IMG/VR virus record: IMGVR_UViG_3300042934_000801
Coordinates: 1-63,304 of that record
Direction: 5' to 3' (one strand)
Length of the DNA: 63,304 nt
DNA from: a virus
Lineage: Duplodnaviria > Caudoviricetes
The position numbers were made by a program, and so were the translations under genes. The stretch's first letter is position 1; every line of letters begins with the position of its first letter. The notes beneath the pieces are model-generated. The model was given only the letters and a program-made list of their open reading frames with translations. It was not told the DNA's origin and searched no databases. Shown here piece by piece: positions 44,454-54,510 of this stretch.

Positions 44454-45232
44454 CCGTCGTCGAGCTGTTCACCTACGACACAAACCACGTCCGTGTGCTC
44501 CGCGATGAGGACGGCGAGCCGTGGTTTGTGCTGGCCGACCTCTGCCGAGTCCTTGCCATCCGCAACGGCCGCGATGTGGCAGCACGTCTCACCGGTGACC
44601 AAAAGGGTGTCGCTCAGATCGACACCCTTGGCGGCACCCAGCAGATGACCACTGTCAGTGAGTCGGGCATGTACGAGGTGGTCATCCGCTCCGACAAGCC
44701 GGAAGCGGCCACCTTCCGTCGCTGGATCACCGGCGAAGTACTGCCGGCAATCCGCAAGACCGGCACCTACTCGCGCTACCCCGCGGCTCCCGCGCAGCTG
44801 CCGTCCAAAAAGGAACTCGCTCAGTGGGTGGTCGAGGCCGAGGAACGCGCCGAAGCTGCCGAGGCCCGTGCCCGCGAGCTCGCCGCACCCGCATCAGCAT
44901 GGAACGAACTGGCCGAAGCCAAGGGCGACTACTCCGTCGCAGACGCAGCGAAAGTGCTCAGCCGCGACCCGCACATCAGCACCGGCGAGCGCCGCCTGTT
45001 CGCCGCGATGGCAGCCAAGTCGTGGATCCACCGGCGCGGCGGCCGGTGGCGCGCATATCAGTCGCAGGTCGACAACGGCCGCCTGGTCGAAAAGGTCAAC
45101 CGCCCGTACCTGAACAGCGCCGAAGAGATGGTCGTCCCGGCCCCCACGATCCGGATTACACCCAAGGGGCTCACCGCGCTGCACCAGATGCTGGGCGGCA
45201 GTGGACAACTCGCACTGGTGGCTGTCTCATGA
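44450..45232 (+). CDS. BRO-N / KilA-C antirepressor
   Basis: GEPWFVLADLC, VSESGMY, FRRWITGEVLPAIRKTG.Y, RITPKGL. Confidence 0.92.
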   Translation: MTVVELFTYDTNHVRVLRDEDGEPWFVLADLCRVLAIRNGRDVAARLTGDQKGVAQIDTLGGTQQMTTVSESGMYEVVIRSDKPEAATFRRWITGEVLPAIRKTGTYSRYPAAPAQLPSKKELAQWVVEAEERAEAAEARARELAAPASAWNELAEAKGDYSVADAAKVLSRDPHISTGERRLFAAMAAKSWIHRRGGRWRAYQSQVDNGRLVEKVNRPYLNSAEEMVVPAPTIRITPKGLTALHQMLGGSGQLALVAVS

Positions 45233-45504
45233 CCGCGCCGTCGACCGTGAGCCTCGAGGAGTACGCCGACGCGCTTCTCGGCGGACACGAACCGGCCCAG
45301 CTGCAGTGGCTGACCAAGCACCTGCGCGGCGAATCCAAGCCTGTGCTGCCCGGATTCAAGGTCGGCCGGAAGTGGCGCGCCACCGAGGCTGACATCGAAA
45401 CGGCGATCGAACTGCTGCGCCCGCAGCGTGTGCAGATGCCCGTGGTGCCGTCGGTGTCGAGCATGTCGAAGACATCGCAGCGGCGTCTGGGGCTGGCCCA
45501 ATGA
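45229..45504 (+). CDS. Excisionase-like DNA-binding protein
   Basis: LPGFKVGRKWR.T..DI; ATGA overlap. Confidence 0.65.
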   Translation: MTAPSTVSLEEYADALLGGHEPAQLQWLTKHLRGESKPVLPGFKVGRKWRATEADIETAIELLRPQRVQMPVVPSVSSMSKTSQRRLGLAQ

Positions 45505-45647
45505 CCACGTTCCTGTCGACATTCGGCCCGGTACTGCTGCTCGGCGGCGCACTGGCCGCCGGCGTCATCGCCATCGTCCGCGGTCTCGGCGCCGAACCGC
45601 CGGCCGAATTCAATGCGTGGCCCGACGAACTGTGGAGGCAGCTGTGA
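45501..45647 (+). CDS. Small membrane protein
   Basis: ATGA and GTGA overlaps on both sides; one TM helix. Confidence 0.55.
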   Translation: MTTFLSTFGPVLLLGGALAAGVIAIVRGLGAEPPAEFNAWPDELWRQL

Positions 45648-45964
45648 CCCGCGCCTCGCGCAGCGCGCGCGTGATCGCCAACGCTCTTGACCGCGTGCTC
45701 GGTGTCGCTGCACCCATGGACCCGACTGTCAAGGCAGGTGTCGCCGCGGCCGCCGACTCGAAGGCCGTGATCGCTGCGCCGAACACCGTGGATCTGCTGA
45801 ACCAGGCCGCGGCCCTGATTGCCGCGATGGCACCCGGGTCAGCGCACGCAGAGAGCGCCGCGTTCCTCGTACCCGAGCTGCAGTGCCGTGCAGCGGCCCT
45901 TGCTGAGCAGCAGCACCCGAACGTCACTGCAGCACTACAGCTTTTCCCGCAACACACCCGCTGA
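45644..45964 (+). CDS. Hypothetical protein
   Basis: GTGA overlap; Ala-rich. Confidence 0.5.
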   Translation: MTRASRSARVIANALDRVLGVAAPMDPTVKAGVAAAADSKAVIAAPNTVDLLNQAAALIAAMAPGSAHAESAAFLVPELQCRAAALAEQQHPNVTAALQLFPQHTR

Positions 45965-45989
45965 TCACCCACCACCAAAGGACAACGCC

Positions 45990-46253
45990 ATGAAGAACAT
46001 CGTCGCCATCATCCCGGCCGCTGCAGTCGCCGCCTCGATCCTCCTCGCCGCCCCGGCGGCCGCCGAGCCAACCGAACCGTCGGACCCGTTCGCCTCAGTC
46101 GAGCGGTGGAACCCCGGCCTCATCTTCGAACCCCGCAGCGGCGCCAAGGACAACGACATGGGCCCGCGCAAATCGGTGGGATTCGAAGTCCACACCGTGC
46201 GCCAGGTCGGCGACCCCGGCTTCGGACCGAAGCCGATGCGCCCACGCCCCTAA
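45990..46253 (+). CDS. Small secreted protein
   Basis: AAGGA RBS; signal peptide ending APAAA-EP. Confidence 0.65.
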   Translation: MKNIVAIIPAAAVAASILLAAPAAAEPTEPSDPFASVERWNPGLIFEPRSGAKDNDMGPRKSVGFEVHTVRQVGDPGFGPKPMRPRP

Positions 46254-46330
46254 ACGAGTAATGGCCCGCCCCCGGAGTCAGCCGGGAACGGGCCCGACAA
46301 CGGAATCACCCAGTCGAAAGGAATCATCCG

Positions 46331-46630
46331 ATGTCAGCACCAACCATAGCCGAGCAGGGCTACGAACTCCGCGAGTCAACGACCAGGAGCGGCGCACTGC
46401 GCATCGAGGCGTGCATCCGCGACGAGTACCACAGGGACGGCGTCGTCGGGATCGCGGCAGCCCTCGGAGTCGAGACCAGAACCGGGACGGTGTGGCTGAT
46501 CGTGGCACGCCCCACGACTGCGGCGAACTTCGAAATGCCCGGCAGCACTCTGAAAGCCGAGTCCAGAGACGGTGCTGTCGAGTGGCTGCAGCACCTGGCC
46601 ACACTCCACATCAAGGCGGCTGCGGCATGA
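46331..46630 (+). CDS. Hypothetical protein
   Basis: AAAGGAA RBS; ends AAA overlapping the next ATG. Confidence 0.6.
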   Translation: MSAPTIAEQGYELRESTTRSGALRIEACIRDEYHRDGVVGIAAALGVETRTGTVWLIVARPTTAANFEMPGSTLKAESRDGAVEWLQHLATLHIKAAAA

Positions 46631-47067
46631 GGCCCGAAGACTTCACCCCCGACATCCACTGGACGCCGATAGCCAGCCGTGACCGCCGCCGGCCGCGCAC
46701 CCGCATCGGCCGCGCCGTACGGAAGCTGTTCGGTCAGTGGTGGATCTACACCACCTATATCGGTGCGATCGTCGGCGCCGCGCTGTACTTCCTCGCCGCG
46801 CCGGCCGCCGCCGACGAGCAGGTCATCACGTTCTCGGCCCCCGCGGTCAAGTACGTCGCCGAGCATGGCGTCGAAGTCTGCACCACCCTCGACGCCTCCA
46901 CCCCGGCGCAGGTCGGCGAACTCCTGCACAAAATGCGGTGGCTCGGCGACCTGACCGACCAGCAGGCCAGCGAAGCCCTGTACTTCTCGGTGATCAGCAT
47001 CTGCCCGATCCACCTGGCGCTGCTCGACGCCTACATCGACACCACCCACCAGGTGGTCATCGCATGA
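46627..47067 (+). CDS. DUF732-like membrane/secreted protein
   Basis: TM segment, VCTTLD...SV..ICP.H. Confidence 0.65.
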   Translation: MRPEDFTPDIHWTPIASRDRRRPRTRIGRAVRKLFGQWWIYTTYIGAIVGAALYFLAAPAAADEQVITFSAPAVKYVAEHGVEVCTTLDASTPAQVGELLHKMRWLGDLTDQQASEALYFSVISICPIHLALLDAYIDTTHQVVIA

Positions 47068-47816
47068 GCCGACGCCCCGACAAACAGTGCCGCCGACCGG
47101 CCTGCGATAGCCGGGTCGACCGAGCAGGACTGTGTCAGAAGCACTACCGGGCGTCGAAGGACCGCGGGTTCATTGACTCGACCGCTGTTCGCGCGCACAT
47201 CACCGCACTCAACGAGACCGGGATGTCGTTTCGCGCCATCGCTTACGAAGCCGCGATGACTGAGTACGGAGTCCGACTGATTCTCGAGAACACCCGGGTG
47301 CAGAAGAACACGGCTGAACGGATCTTCGCCATCCCGGTCGGCGGGGGCAACGGTCTGGTCACCGCGTTGGGCACCCGACGCCGGGTGCAAGCCCTGGCCG
47401 CGATCGGATGGCCACAACAGGAGATCGCCGCCAGAGTCGGCGAGAAACCGCGGCATCTGAGCCAGTTCCTGCGGCGCGACCAGATTCGCGCCGACAAGGT
47501 GCGCCGAATCAGAGCTGTGTTCGACGAACTGTCCACGACACCAGGGCCGTCGGAGATATCTCGGAAACGTGCGCAGCGCGCCGGCTGGCCGCCGCCGCTG
47601 GCCTGGGATGACGACACGATCGACGACCCGAAAGCCAAGCCGCAACACAACATCCGCCGGCCGCTGCGGTTCGCCGAGCAGTACGAGGAGCTGCTGGAGC
47701 TGAAGCGCGCGAAGAAGGCAGACGAGGTAGCCCGGGAACTGGGGATGACGGCCGAGAACGCCGAGCGCCAGATCCAGCGGTACCGCGAAGCGCAACGAAA
47801 GGCCATTGCATCGTGA
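47064..47816 (+). CDS. HTH DNA-binding protein with N-terminal Cys/His finger
   Basis: C....C......GLCQKHY, VRAHI..L...GMS, GTRRRVQALAAIGW, PPLAWDDDTIDDP. Confidence 0.75.
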   Translation: MSRRPDKQCRRPACDSRVDRAGLCQKHYRASKDRGFIDSTAVRAHITALNETGMSFRAIAYEAAMTEYGVRLILENTRVQKNTAERIFAIPVGGGNGLVTALGTRRRVQALAAIGWPQQEIAARVGEKPRHLSQFLRRDQIRADKVRRIRAVFDELSTTPGPSEISRKRAQRAGWPPPLAWDDDTIDDPKAKPQHNIRRPLRFAEQYEELLELKRAKKADEVARELGMTAENAERQIQRYREAQRKAIAS

Positions 47817-48745
47817 CTCTGACCGCTGGCGTGTTCCGCCGGGGCCAGCCCGGCTACATCGCCCCAGGCACCGACGAGTGGCTGCAGTGCATCACCCCAT
47901 CGAAGGTCGCCGCGATCCTGGGTGTGTCGCGGTGGGAGTCTCCCTACAGCCTGTGGCATCGGATGAAGAAACTGGTCCCGCCGGAGGATCCGAAGGACAT
48001 CTTCCAGATCGGCCACGACTACGAGCCGGCCGCGGCGAACCGGTACCGCAGCCTGAACGAGGGATGGAAGCTGTCCCCGGGCGAGGTGCAGTTCGTGCTG
48101 CCCGAGTCGGCATTCGGCTTCCCCGCGGTGTGCACTCTGGACCGGCGCGGTAGCCGCGGCCGCTCGCGCCGCGTCGTCGAGTTCAAGACGGCCCGGCATA
48201 TGGAGGACTGGGGCGACGACTTCACCGACCAGTGTCCCGAGGACTACGCCGCGCAGGTACTGGCTCAGATGCTGTTCACCGGCTGGACCGACCATCCTGG
48301 CCATCTGCTGGTGCTGGGCCCGTACTTCAACGAGCACATCTACGAGATCCCGTTCGACCTGGGTGTCACGGCATGGATTGTGCAGGCGTGCAGCGAGTTC
48401 TACGCATCGCTGAGCCAGGACACCCCGCCGCCACTCGATGACAGCGTGCCCACCTACCAGTGCGTGCGCGAGCTGCACCCCGACATCGACGGCGGCACCG
48501 TCGAGGTTGACGCGGACCTGGGCGTCGCGGTGCACAACGCCAACGACGAACTCAAGGCCGCCGAGACACGCCTGCGCGGACTGAAGACACGGCTGCTCGA
48601 CCAGATGGGCAACGCCCAGCACGCGGTCATGGGTGACCTCAAGGTCGCCACCCGCAGCCCCCACGGGCGTGGGGGAGTGGCACTCAACCTCGCCCGCAAG
48701 CATCCCGCCATCCAAGCCAACGACCTGAGGAGCAAGAGCGCATGA
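47813..48745 (+). CDS. recE: YqaJ/RecE-like exonuclease
   Basis: ITPSKVAAILGVSRWESPYSLW, TLDR, VEFKT; paired with RecT. Confidence 0.88.
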   Translation: MTLTAGVFRRGQPGYIAPGTDEWLQCITPSKVAAILGVSRWESPYSLWHRMKKLVPPEDPKDIFQIGHDYEPAAANRYRSLNEGWKLSPGEVQFVLPESAFGFPAVCTLDRRGSRGRSRRVVEFKTARHMEDWGDDFTDQCPEDYAAQVLAQMLFTGWTDHPGHLLVLGPYFNEHIYEIPFDLGVTAWIVQACSEFYASLSQDTPPPLDDSVPTYQCVRELHPDIDGGTVEVDADLGVAVHNANDELKAAETRLRGLKTRLLDQMGNAQHAVMGDLKVATRSPHGRGGVALNLARKHPAIQANDLRSKSA

Positions 48746-49992
48746 GCACCACCACACAGGACCGCACCGAGAACCTCGTCGACGCCGCCACACAGGCCGC
48801 CCAGGAAGCCGGCGCGAAGACACTCGCCCGCATCGAATCGACACAGGATCGCTTCACCCCTGACCAGATCGCGATCCTGCGCCAGCTCGGCGTCGAGGAC
48901 GCAACCGACGGCGACCTGAACCTGTTCTTCCACGTCTGCCGCACAACCGGTTTGGACCCATTCCGCAAGCAGATCTACATGATCGGCCGCAACACCAAGG
49001 TCACCGAGTGGGTCGACAACGGCGAAGGCAGTCGCCGCAAGGTCGAGCGGTACGTCACGAAATACACGATCCAGACCGGCATCGACGGATACCGCCGCAA
49101 CGGTCGAGAGGCCGCGAAGATGCTCGGCGACGAGCTCGCCTTTGACGGCCCGTACTGGTGCGGCGAGAACGGCCAGTGGACCGACGTCTGGGTGTCGAAA
49201 GACGCTCCGCTGGCTGCGAAGTACACGATCTTCCGCAACGGCGAGCCGTTCACCGGTATCGCGCACTTCGACGAGTTCGTGCAGACCAACGTCACCTACG
49301 AGGGCAGCGGTCAGGCTCGCAGGAAGGTCGGCGAGGAGCCGAACTCGATGTGGGCGAAGATGCCACGCAACCAGATCGCGAAGTGCGCCGAGGCGCTCGC
49401 GTGGCGGCGCGCGTACCCGGATGACTTCTCCGGGCTGATCCTCGAGGACGCCTCGCTGCCGACGGTGATCGACCAGGACGGCAACGTCGAGGACGACAAG
49501 CCGAAACAGCAGCGCCAGGGCGGCCGCGGTGTCGGCGGTCTGCGGGACCGGGCGCGCGCCGCGCAGAAGGAAACGATCGACGCCGAAGTAGTCGACGATC
49601 CCGCAGCGGGTACCACCGAAATGCCTCCAGAGCCCGAATCGGCGCAGGTCGACCGGGATACCCCGGCCGACAGCCCCGCAGACGCCCCGACAACCGACCT
49701 CCGTAAGGCCGCACGCGACCAGCTGAACAAGGCCATCTTCGCCACCTTCGGCGACATCGGCATGAGCAACGACGACAAGCGCGCCGACCGCCTCATCGTC
49801 ATCCGCGCGATCGTCGACCGCGACATCGACTCTTCGAAGGAACTCACCGACGACGAGCTACAGAAGCTCCGCAACGGGCTCATCAGCCGCAAGCAGGCCG
49901 GAACGCTCGAAGCCGACGTCAACGACTGGCTCAATCTGGCGGCGATCAAGGAAGCCGATACAGCTGAAGCCGAAGGGGCACAGCAGAAATGA
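48742..49992 (+). CDS. recT: RecT/Bet single-strand annealing protein
   Basis: TGLDPFRKQIY, IQTGIDGYR, WAKMP...IAKCAEALA.RRAYP. Confidence 0.9.
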   Translation: MSTTTQDRTENLVDAATQAAQEAGAKTLARIESTQDRFTPDQIAILRQLGVEDATDGDLNLFFHVCRTTGLDPFRKQIYMIGRNTKVTEWVDNGEGSRRKVERYVTKYTIQTGIDGYRRNGREAAKMLGDELAFDGPYWCGENGQWTDVWVSKDAPLAAKYTIFRNGEPFTGIAHFDEFVQTNVTYEGSGQARRKVGEEPNSMWAKMPRNQIAKCAEALAWRRAYPDDFSGLILEDASLPTVIDQDGNVEDDKPKQQRQGGRGVGGLRDRARAAQKETIDAEVVDDPAAGTTEMPPEPESAQVDRDTPADSPADAPTTDLRKAARDQLNKAIFATFGDIGMSNDDKRADRLIVIRAIVDRDIDSSKELTDDELQKLRNGLISRKQAGTLEADVNDWLNLAAIKEADTAEAEGAQQK

Positions 49993-50228
49993 TCACTATC
50001 CACGTCACCCCCGCCAAGCGCCGGTTCTCCCGCCGCAAACAGTGGAAGTTCGCCGTCACCACCGGCAACAACGAGCCAATCGACCCGCGGGACACCTACA
50101 CGAATGTCGGTGACATCCGCGACATCTGGGACCGCATCGTTCGGTCCGCCGAAACGGTCGAACTGGTCGTCCACTACCAGTCCGGATCACGCACCACCGT
50201 GCTGCGTCCGGGTCCGGAGGTCAGCTGA
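49989..50228 (+). CDS. Hypothetical protein
   Basis: ATGA overlap; QWKF....NNE....Y.N. Confidence 0.6.
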   Translation: MITIHVTPAKRRFSRRKQWKFAVTTGNNEPIDPRDTYTNVGDIRDIWDRIVRSAETVELVVHYQSGSRTTVLRPGPEVS

Positions 50229-50428
50229 TGCCTGCTACCGACGTCGAGATCGAGGTCTACCCGATCTTCAACCGCCACACCCACACCGGCTACCCGCTGC
50301 GCTGGCGCACACGCAACCCGGTCAACGGCCGCGTCAAGTCCTACAAGGACCAGGCCGCAGCCCTCGCATCCATCCCCGCCGGCGTCAAGCAGTCCGCCAT
50401 CAAGGTCTGGAACCACATCCGCCGATGA
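50228..50428 (+). CDS. Hypothetical protein
   Basis: GGAGG RBS, TGATG coupling. Confidence 0.55.
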   Translation: MPATDVEIEVYPIFNRHTHTGYPLRWRTRNPVNGRVKSYKDQAAALASIPAGVKQSAIKVWNHIRR

Positions 50429-50724
50429 GCAGCAACGACAAGGCCGCTGCCGCATACCACCCGCTCGATGACGAGTTCGCCGATGCGCTGGTGGGGGAGA
50501 ACCCCTGCATCCCGCCGTTCATGGACCGCGCCATGGCACTGGCCGGGCCCAACGCGCGGTCCGCAGCCGCAGCCGTGTTCGACGCCATCGCAGCCACCGA
50601 CGAAGCCGTCAAACACGCCAAGAACCTCCAGGCCGCCGTCCACGACATCCGCCTGTTCGTCGAAGGCAAGCACACCGTCGGCGCCACCGAGATTCGCCGC
50701 CTACTCGAAAGCCACCACGTATGA
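50425..50724 (+). CDS. Hypothetical protein
   Basis: ATGA overlaps at both ends. Confidence 0.55.
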   Translation: MSSNDKAAAAYHPLDDEFADALVGENPCIPPFMDRAMALAGPNARSAAAAVFDAIAATDEAVKHAKNLQAAVHDIRLFVEGKHTVGATEIRRLLESHHV

Positions 50725-52679
50725 GCGCTCCCACGTCCACCGCCGAGCACCGGCCCGCCGCCCGCCGGCGTCGCTTCGCGCATGACGACCTGGTCGCCGT
50801 TGATCTGTTCTCCGGATTCGGAGGACTGACCAAGGGGATTAAGCAGGCCGGATTCACGACGATCATGGCGGCCAACCACAACCGCTACAAGGTGCAGGTG
50901 CACGAGGCCAACCACCCGGAGGCCGAGCACTGGATCGCCGACCTCGTTGATCGCGACGCGGCGGACTACCACTCGGCCCGGGACCTACCGCCAGCCGACC
51001 TGCTTGCCGCCGGGGTGTCGTGCGTCAACCACTCTGTGGCCAACACGAAGAAAGCCTACGAGCAGGGCCTGTCTCTGTTCGATCTGGATGACCCCGAGTT
51101 CGACACCCGGGTCACCCGTTCGGAGCGTGACCGGGCCACCGCCAACTGTGTCCTGCACTACGCCGCCGCGCACCACCCGCGGCTGATCCTTGTCGAGTGC
51201 ACGACCGAGCTGCAGTCCTGGGGCCCGGCCGTCCCCGGCAAGGCGAAGGTCGGCGACGGCACCACCTACCGGTGGTGGCTGCACCAGTTCGAGCTGCTCG
51301 GCTATAAGTACCGGGTTCTGTACCTGAACAGCATGTTCTTCGGTGTTCCGCAGTCGCGCGACCGCCTGTATATCGCGTTCTGGGACCGCAAGATCCCGAC
51401 GCCCAACCTTGACCACCGGCCGCGGTCTTGGTGCTCGCTGTGCGATCGCATCGTCGAGTCCGTGTGGACTTGGAAGACCGGGGTGCCACCGACCGGCTCA
51501 GTGCGCTACGGCAAGCAGTACGAGTACCGCTGCCCGTTCTGCCGGGGTGTCGTGGTCCCGCCGATGACACCCTCACTTGCCGCCCTGGACCTCCGAGACC
51601 TCGGAACCCGGATCGGCGACCGCAAGAAGCCACTGGCTCCAGCGACCATGGCCAGGGCCGAGCGGTGCCGCCAGCGGTTCGCTGAGTTCCCCGCGGTCCT
51701 CATGCCGGCCAAGGCCGTTCACGGCACTGAGAAGCACCCGTGGCAGCCGATGGCCACGCAGACCAGCCAGCAGGAGACCGGGATTCTGTCGACCGGCGCG
51801 GTGATCGCCGCAGCAGGCAACACCTACGAGCACCCCGGATCGAACTGCCGTACCCGCGATCTCGGCCAACCGCTGCCGGCTCAGACCGCGACTAATGCGA
51901 ACGGCCTCCTCACACCACCCGTGGCCGTGGCAGGCCACGCGTCCGCCGCGCACCGGCATAACGGCGACGGCAAGCACATCAGCCAGCCCATGGACACCGT
52001 CACCAGCACCCATGAGAAGGCCGTCCTGCTCGCGGTCGACAACTTCCAAGGCGTACCCCGCGGCGCCGACGAAGCTCTCCCCACGCAGGGCGGCTCGGAG
52101 ACTCTCGCCCTGATGTCGTCCGGGGTGGTGCCGTTCCGGCGCAACACCGTGCCCACCAGCCACGGCGAGGCGATGCCCACCGTGACGGCCGACCAGATCC
52201 CGGGGGTGCTGACCGCGGCCGGGGTGATGAAGTTCAACCAGGGTGCTGACCGCCGTGTGCACGGCGCTGACCAGCCGCTCAAGACGGTCGTCGCTGACGG
52301 CGCCGGCCAAGCGCTGCTGTTCTCCGGCTGGATCAAGAACAACGGAGCGATCGACGAAGCGAAGTACCGCGCCCACCCGGTGTCCGAACCGTTCGGCACC
52401 TTCACCGCGCAGGACACCAAGGCGCTGCTCACCGCCGAGTGGACGGCGATGCTCTCCGAGCTGTCGATCGAGGACTGCTACTTCCGCATGATGGCTGCCC
52501 ACGAGATCGGCCGCGGCTGCGGGTTCGATGTCGACTTCGCCGATTACGAGGGCACTTTCGTCGTCTGGGGGAGTGCGCGGGACCAAGTCGACGGGTACGG
52601 CAACGCTGTTTCGCCACAGGTCGGTGAGTGGATCGGCACCCGGCTGCGCGCCGCACTACACGGAGAGGCGGCGGCATGA
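50721..52679 (+). CDS. DNA cytosine-5 methyltransferase
   Basis: DLFSGFGG (motif I), GVSC (IV), VEC (VI), PQSRDR (VIII), GNAVSP (X). Confidence 0.9.
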   Translation: MSAPTSTAEHRPAARRRRFAHDDLVAVDLFSGFGGLTKGIKQAGFTTIMAANHNRYKVQVHEANHPEAEHWIADLVDRDAADYHSARDLPPADLLAAGVSCVNHSVANTKKAYEQGLSLFDLDDPEFDTRVTRSERDRATANCVLHYAAAHHPRLILVECTTELQSWGPAVPGKAKVGDGTTYRWWLHQFELLGYKYRVLYLNSMFFGVPQSRDRLYIAFWDRKIPTPNLDHRPRSWCSLCDRIVESVWTWKTGVPPTGSVRYGKQYEYRCPFCRGVVVPPMTPSLAALDLRDLGTRIGDRKKPLAPATMARAERCRQRFAEFPAVLMPAKAVHGTEKHPWQPMATQTSQQETGILSTGAVIAAAGNTYEHPGSNCRTRDLGQPLPAQTATNANGLLTPPVAVAGHASAAHRHNGDGKHISQPMDTVTSTHEKAVLLAVDNFQGVPRGADEALPTQGGSETLALMSSGVVPFRRNTVPTSHGEAMPTVTADQIPGVLTAAGVMKFNQGADRRVHGADQPLKTVVADGAGQALLFSGWIKNNGAIDEAKYRAHPVSEPFGTFTAQDTKALLTAEWTAMLSELSIEDCYFRMMAAHEIGRGCGFDVDFADYEGTFVVWGSARDQVDGYGNAVSPQVGEWIGTRLRAALHGEAAA

Positions 52680-52693
52680 CCGAGATCCGAGCA

Positions 52694-53146
52694 TTAGCGA
52701 AACCCGAACTCGGCCAAAAGCTCCGCGGTGGTAAGAACCTCAACTCCGCGTTCTCGTGCTCGCTTGGTCAGGCGGTTCTCGTTTGTTATCAGCGCACACC
52801 CGTCCAATTGGGCGGTAGCCGCGATCAACGCATCCCGAGTGTGCGTTACGTTGCCGGACCGGAAGGCTTCGAGTGCCTCTGCGTCTCCGCCGAATCGTGC
52901 ATGTCCAAGCCGGGAAAAACCGAAGACCATCGCTCCCGTAGGAATCAGCCGACCTACGCGCACGAGGGCCAGCAACAGTGCGATACGCCGATCTGGTTCA
53001 GGAACGACTGCGAGCTCCTCAACCGTGATGTGGGTGAACATCACATCGAGGTGGCCTTGGTCAACGGCAACTCTCAGGACATCTGCGGCGCCGGCGACAT
53101 CGATCAAGGGATCGATCGCGTTGCTGTCCACCACTACCCGCCTCAT
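52694..53146 (-). CDS. Stand-alone PIN-domain ribonuclease
   Basis: VVVDSN, ITVEEL, RDALIAATA, LITNE; TAGCCT -10 seven nt before ATG. Confidence 0.85.
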   Translation of the reverse strand: MRRVVVDSNAIDPLIDVAGAADVLRVAVDQGHLDVMFTHITVEELAVVPEPDRRIALLLALVRVGRLIPTGAMVFGFSRLGHARFGGDAEALEAFRSGNVTHTRDALIAATAQLDGCALITNENRLTKRARERGVEVLTTAELLAEFGFR

Positions 53147-53287
53147 CCCGCGAAGGCTACCGGCTTTGCCTACCCCAGCGGCTGGATCGCCTGATGTGCC
53201 CGCAATGGGACGGCGTCCCGATGATCACAGACCCCTGCACCTGCACCCGCAGCCAGCAGGACACCACCGCCGACGAAAGGGAATCCA

Positions 53288-53635
53288 GTGGCGGATAACG
53301 AACAGAACAACGAAACCACCACCGCCTCCACCGAGATGGAGCCCGGTGACATCACCGACTTCATCGTCGCACTGACTCAGCTGGACAAGGGCCGCGTGCA
53401 GAAGGAGGCGACAAAGGCGCTCCACGAGGTGGTGGAGGCGGCACTGCTGCACGAGAAGAAGGGCGGCAGCGTGAAACTCACGCTCAAGGTCGAGCCCATC
53501 GAGTCCGGCGCTGTCCGGATCATCGCCGACGTCGTCAGCAGCCCCGTCAAGGATCCCGTCGGAACCATCTTCTTCGCCGACGGCGAAGGCACGCTGTCCC
53601 GCGACAACACCGGCCTGTACTTCGGCGTCAAGTAA
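53288..53635 (+). CDS. Hypothetical protein, usual partner of DUF2303
   Basis: KGGSVKLTLKV, IFFADGEGTLSR. Confidence 0.75.
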   Translation: MADNEQNNETTTASTEMEPGDITDFIVALTQLDKGRVQKEATKALHEVVEAALLHEKKGGSVKLTLKVEPIESGAVRIIADVVSSPVKDPVGTIFFADGEGTLSRDNTGLYFGVK

Positions 53636-53667
53636 CAAGCACCCCACCTGAGAGGAACTGAAACCCT

Positions 53668-54507
53668 ATGTCCGAAAACACCCTTGACCTTCCCCAGCAC
53701 ACCATCGAAGAGGTAGACGACGGCGCCTACGGTGCCGACGGCCCGATCCGGATCGTGGCCGCCAACGGTGAGAACGGCCTCGAAACGAAAGTGATCGACC
53801 TTCGGCAGGAGGCACCCGCGGCGTTTCCGCCGAGGAGCGTCGCAGACCGCATCGTCACGGACACCGCTTCGTTCCTCGCCGAAATCGCCCGCCGACCCCT
53901 GCTTCCGGATCTGTCGACGGTGTGGGGCGACCGCAAGAAGGGTGAAGTGACCGCCGTCTACGACGAGCTGCCGGCCAACGCAGTCCACGACTACACCCGG
54001 CGTGCCGACCACCTCGTGCTGCGGTTCGTGCCAGACCCGGACTGGGCGACGCTGTTCAAGGCCGCCGACGGCGGATGGCACGACCAGGAAGAGTTCGGTG
54101 ACCTGATCGAATCGGCCAGCCACCTTATCACCTCCCATACCGCCGCGGATCTCATGGAGATCGTCGACAGCGTCCGGGCAAGCAAGTCCGGATCATTCGA
54201 ATCTCGGATCCGCCGCGACACCGGCAGCCAGCACCTGTCCTACTCCGAAGACGTGACCGCCAAGGCCGGCACGGCCGGGACGCTGGAGGTGCCGCGGACG
54301 ATCACCCTGACGGCGCGCCCCTTCGAGGACTACCCGCAGATCGATGTGACGTGCTGGCTCCGGGTGCGAATCAGCCAGGGGCAGCTCTATCTCGGCATGT
54401 TCCCGCAGCCCTACCAGCACCTGGTGCGCGACGCGTGGACTCACGTCACCGGTGAGCTGGCCGACAACCTGGGTGTCGCTGTGTACGCGGCCAATCTCGG
54501 GCGATAG
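53668..54507 (+). CDS. DUF2303 (YfdQ-like) protein
   Basis: DTASF, QEEFGDLIE, AADLMEI, EVPRTITL...PF. Confidence 0.75.
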   Translation: MSENTLDLPQHTIEEVDDGAYGADGPIRIVAANGENGLETKVIDLRQEAPAAFPPRSVADRIVTDTASFLAEIARRPLLPDLSTVWGDRKKGEVTAVYDELPANAVHDYTRRADHLVLRFVPDPDWATLFKAADGGWHDQEEFGDLIESASHLITSHTAADLMEIVDSVRASKSGSFESRIRRDTGSQHLSYSEDVTAKAGTAGTLEVPRTITLTARPFEDYPQIDVTCWLRVRISQGQLYLGMFPQPYQHLVRDAWTHVTGELADNLGVAVYAANLGR

Positions 54508-54510
54508 CCG

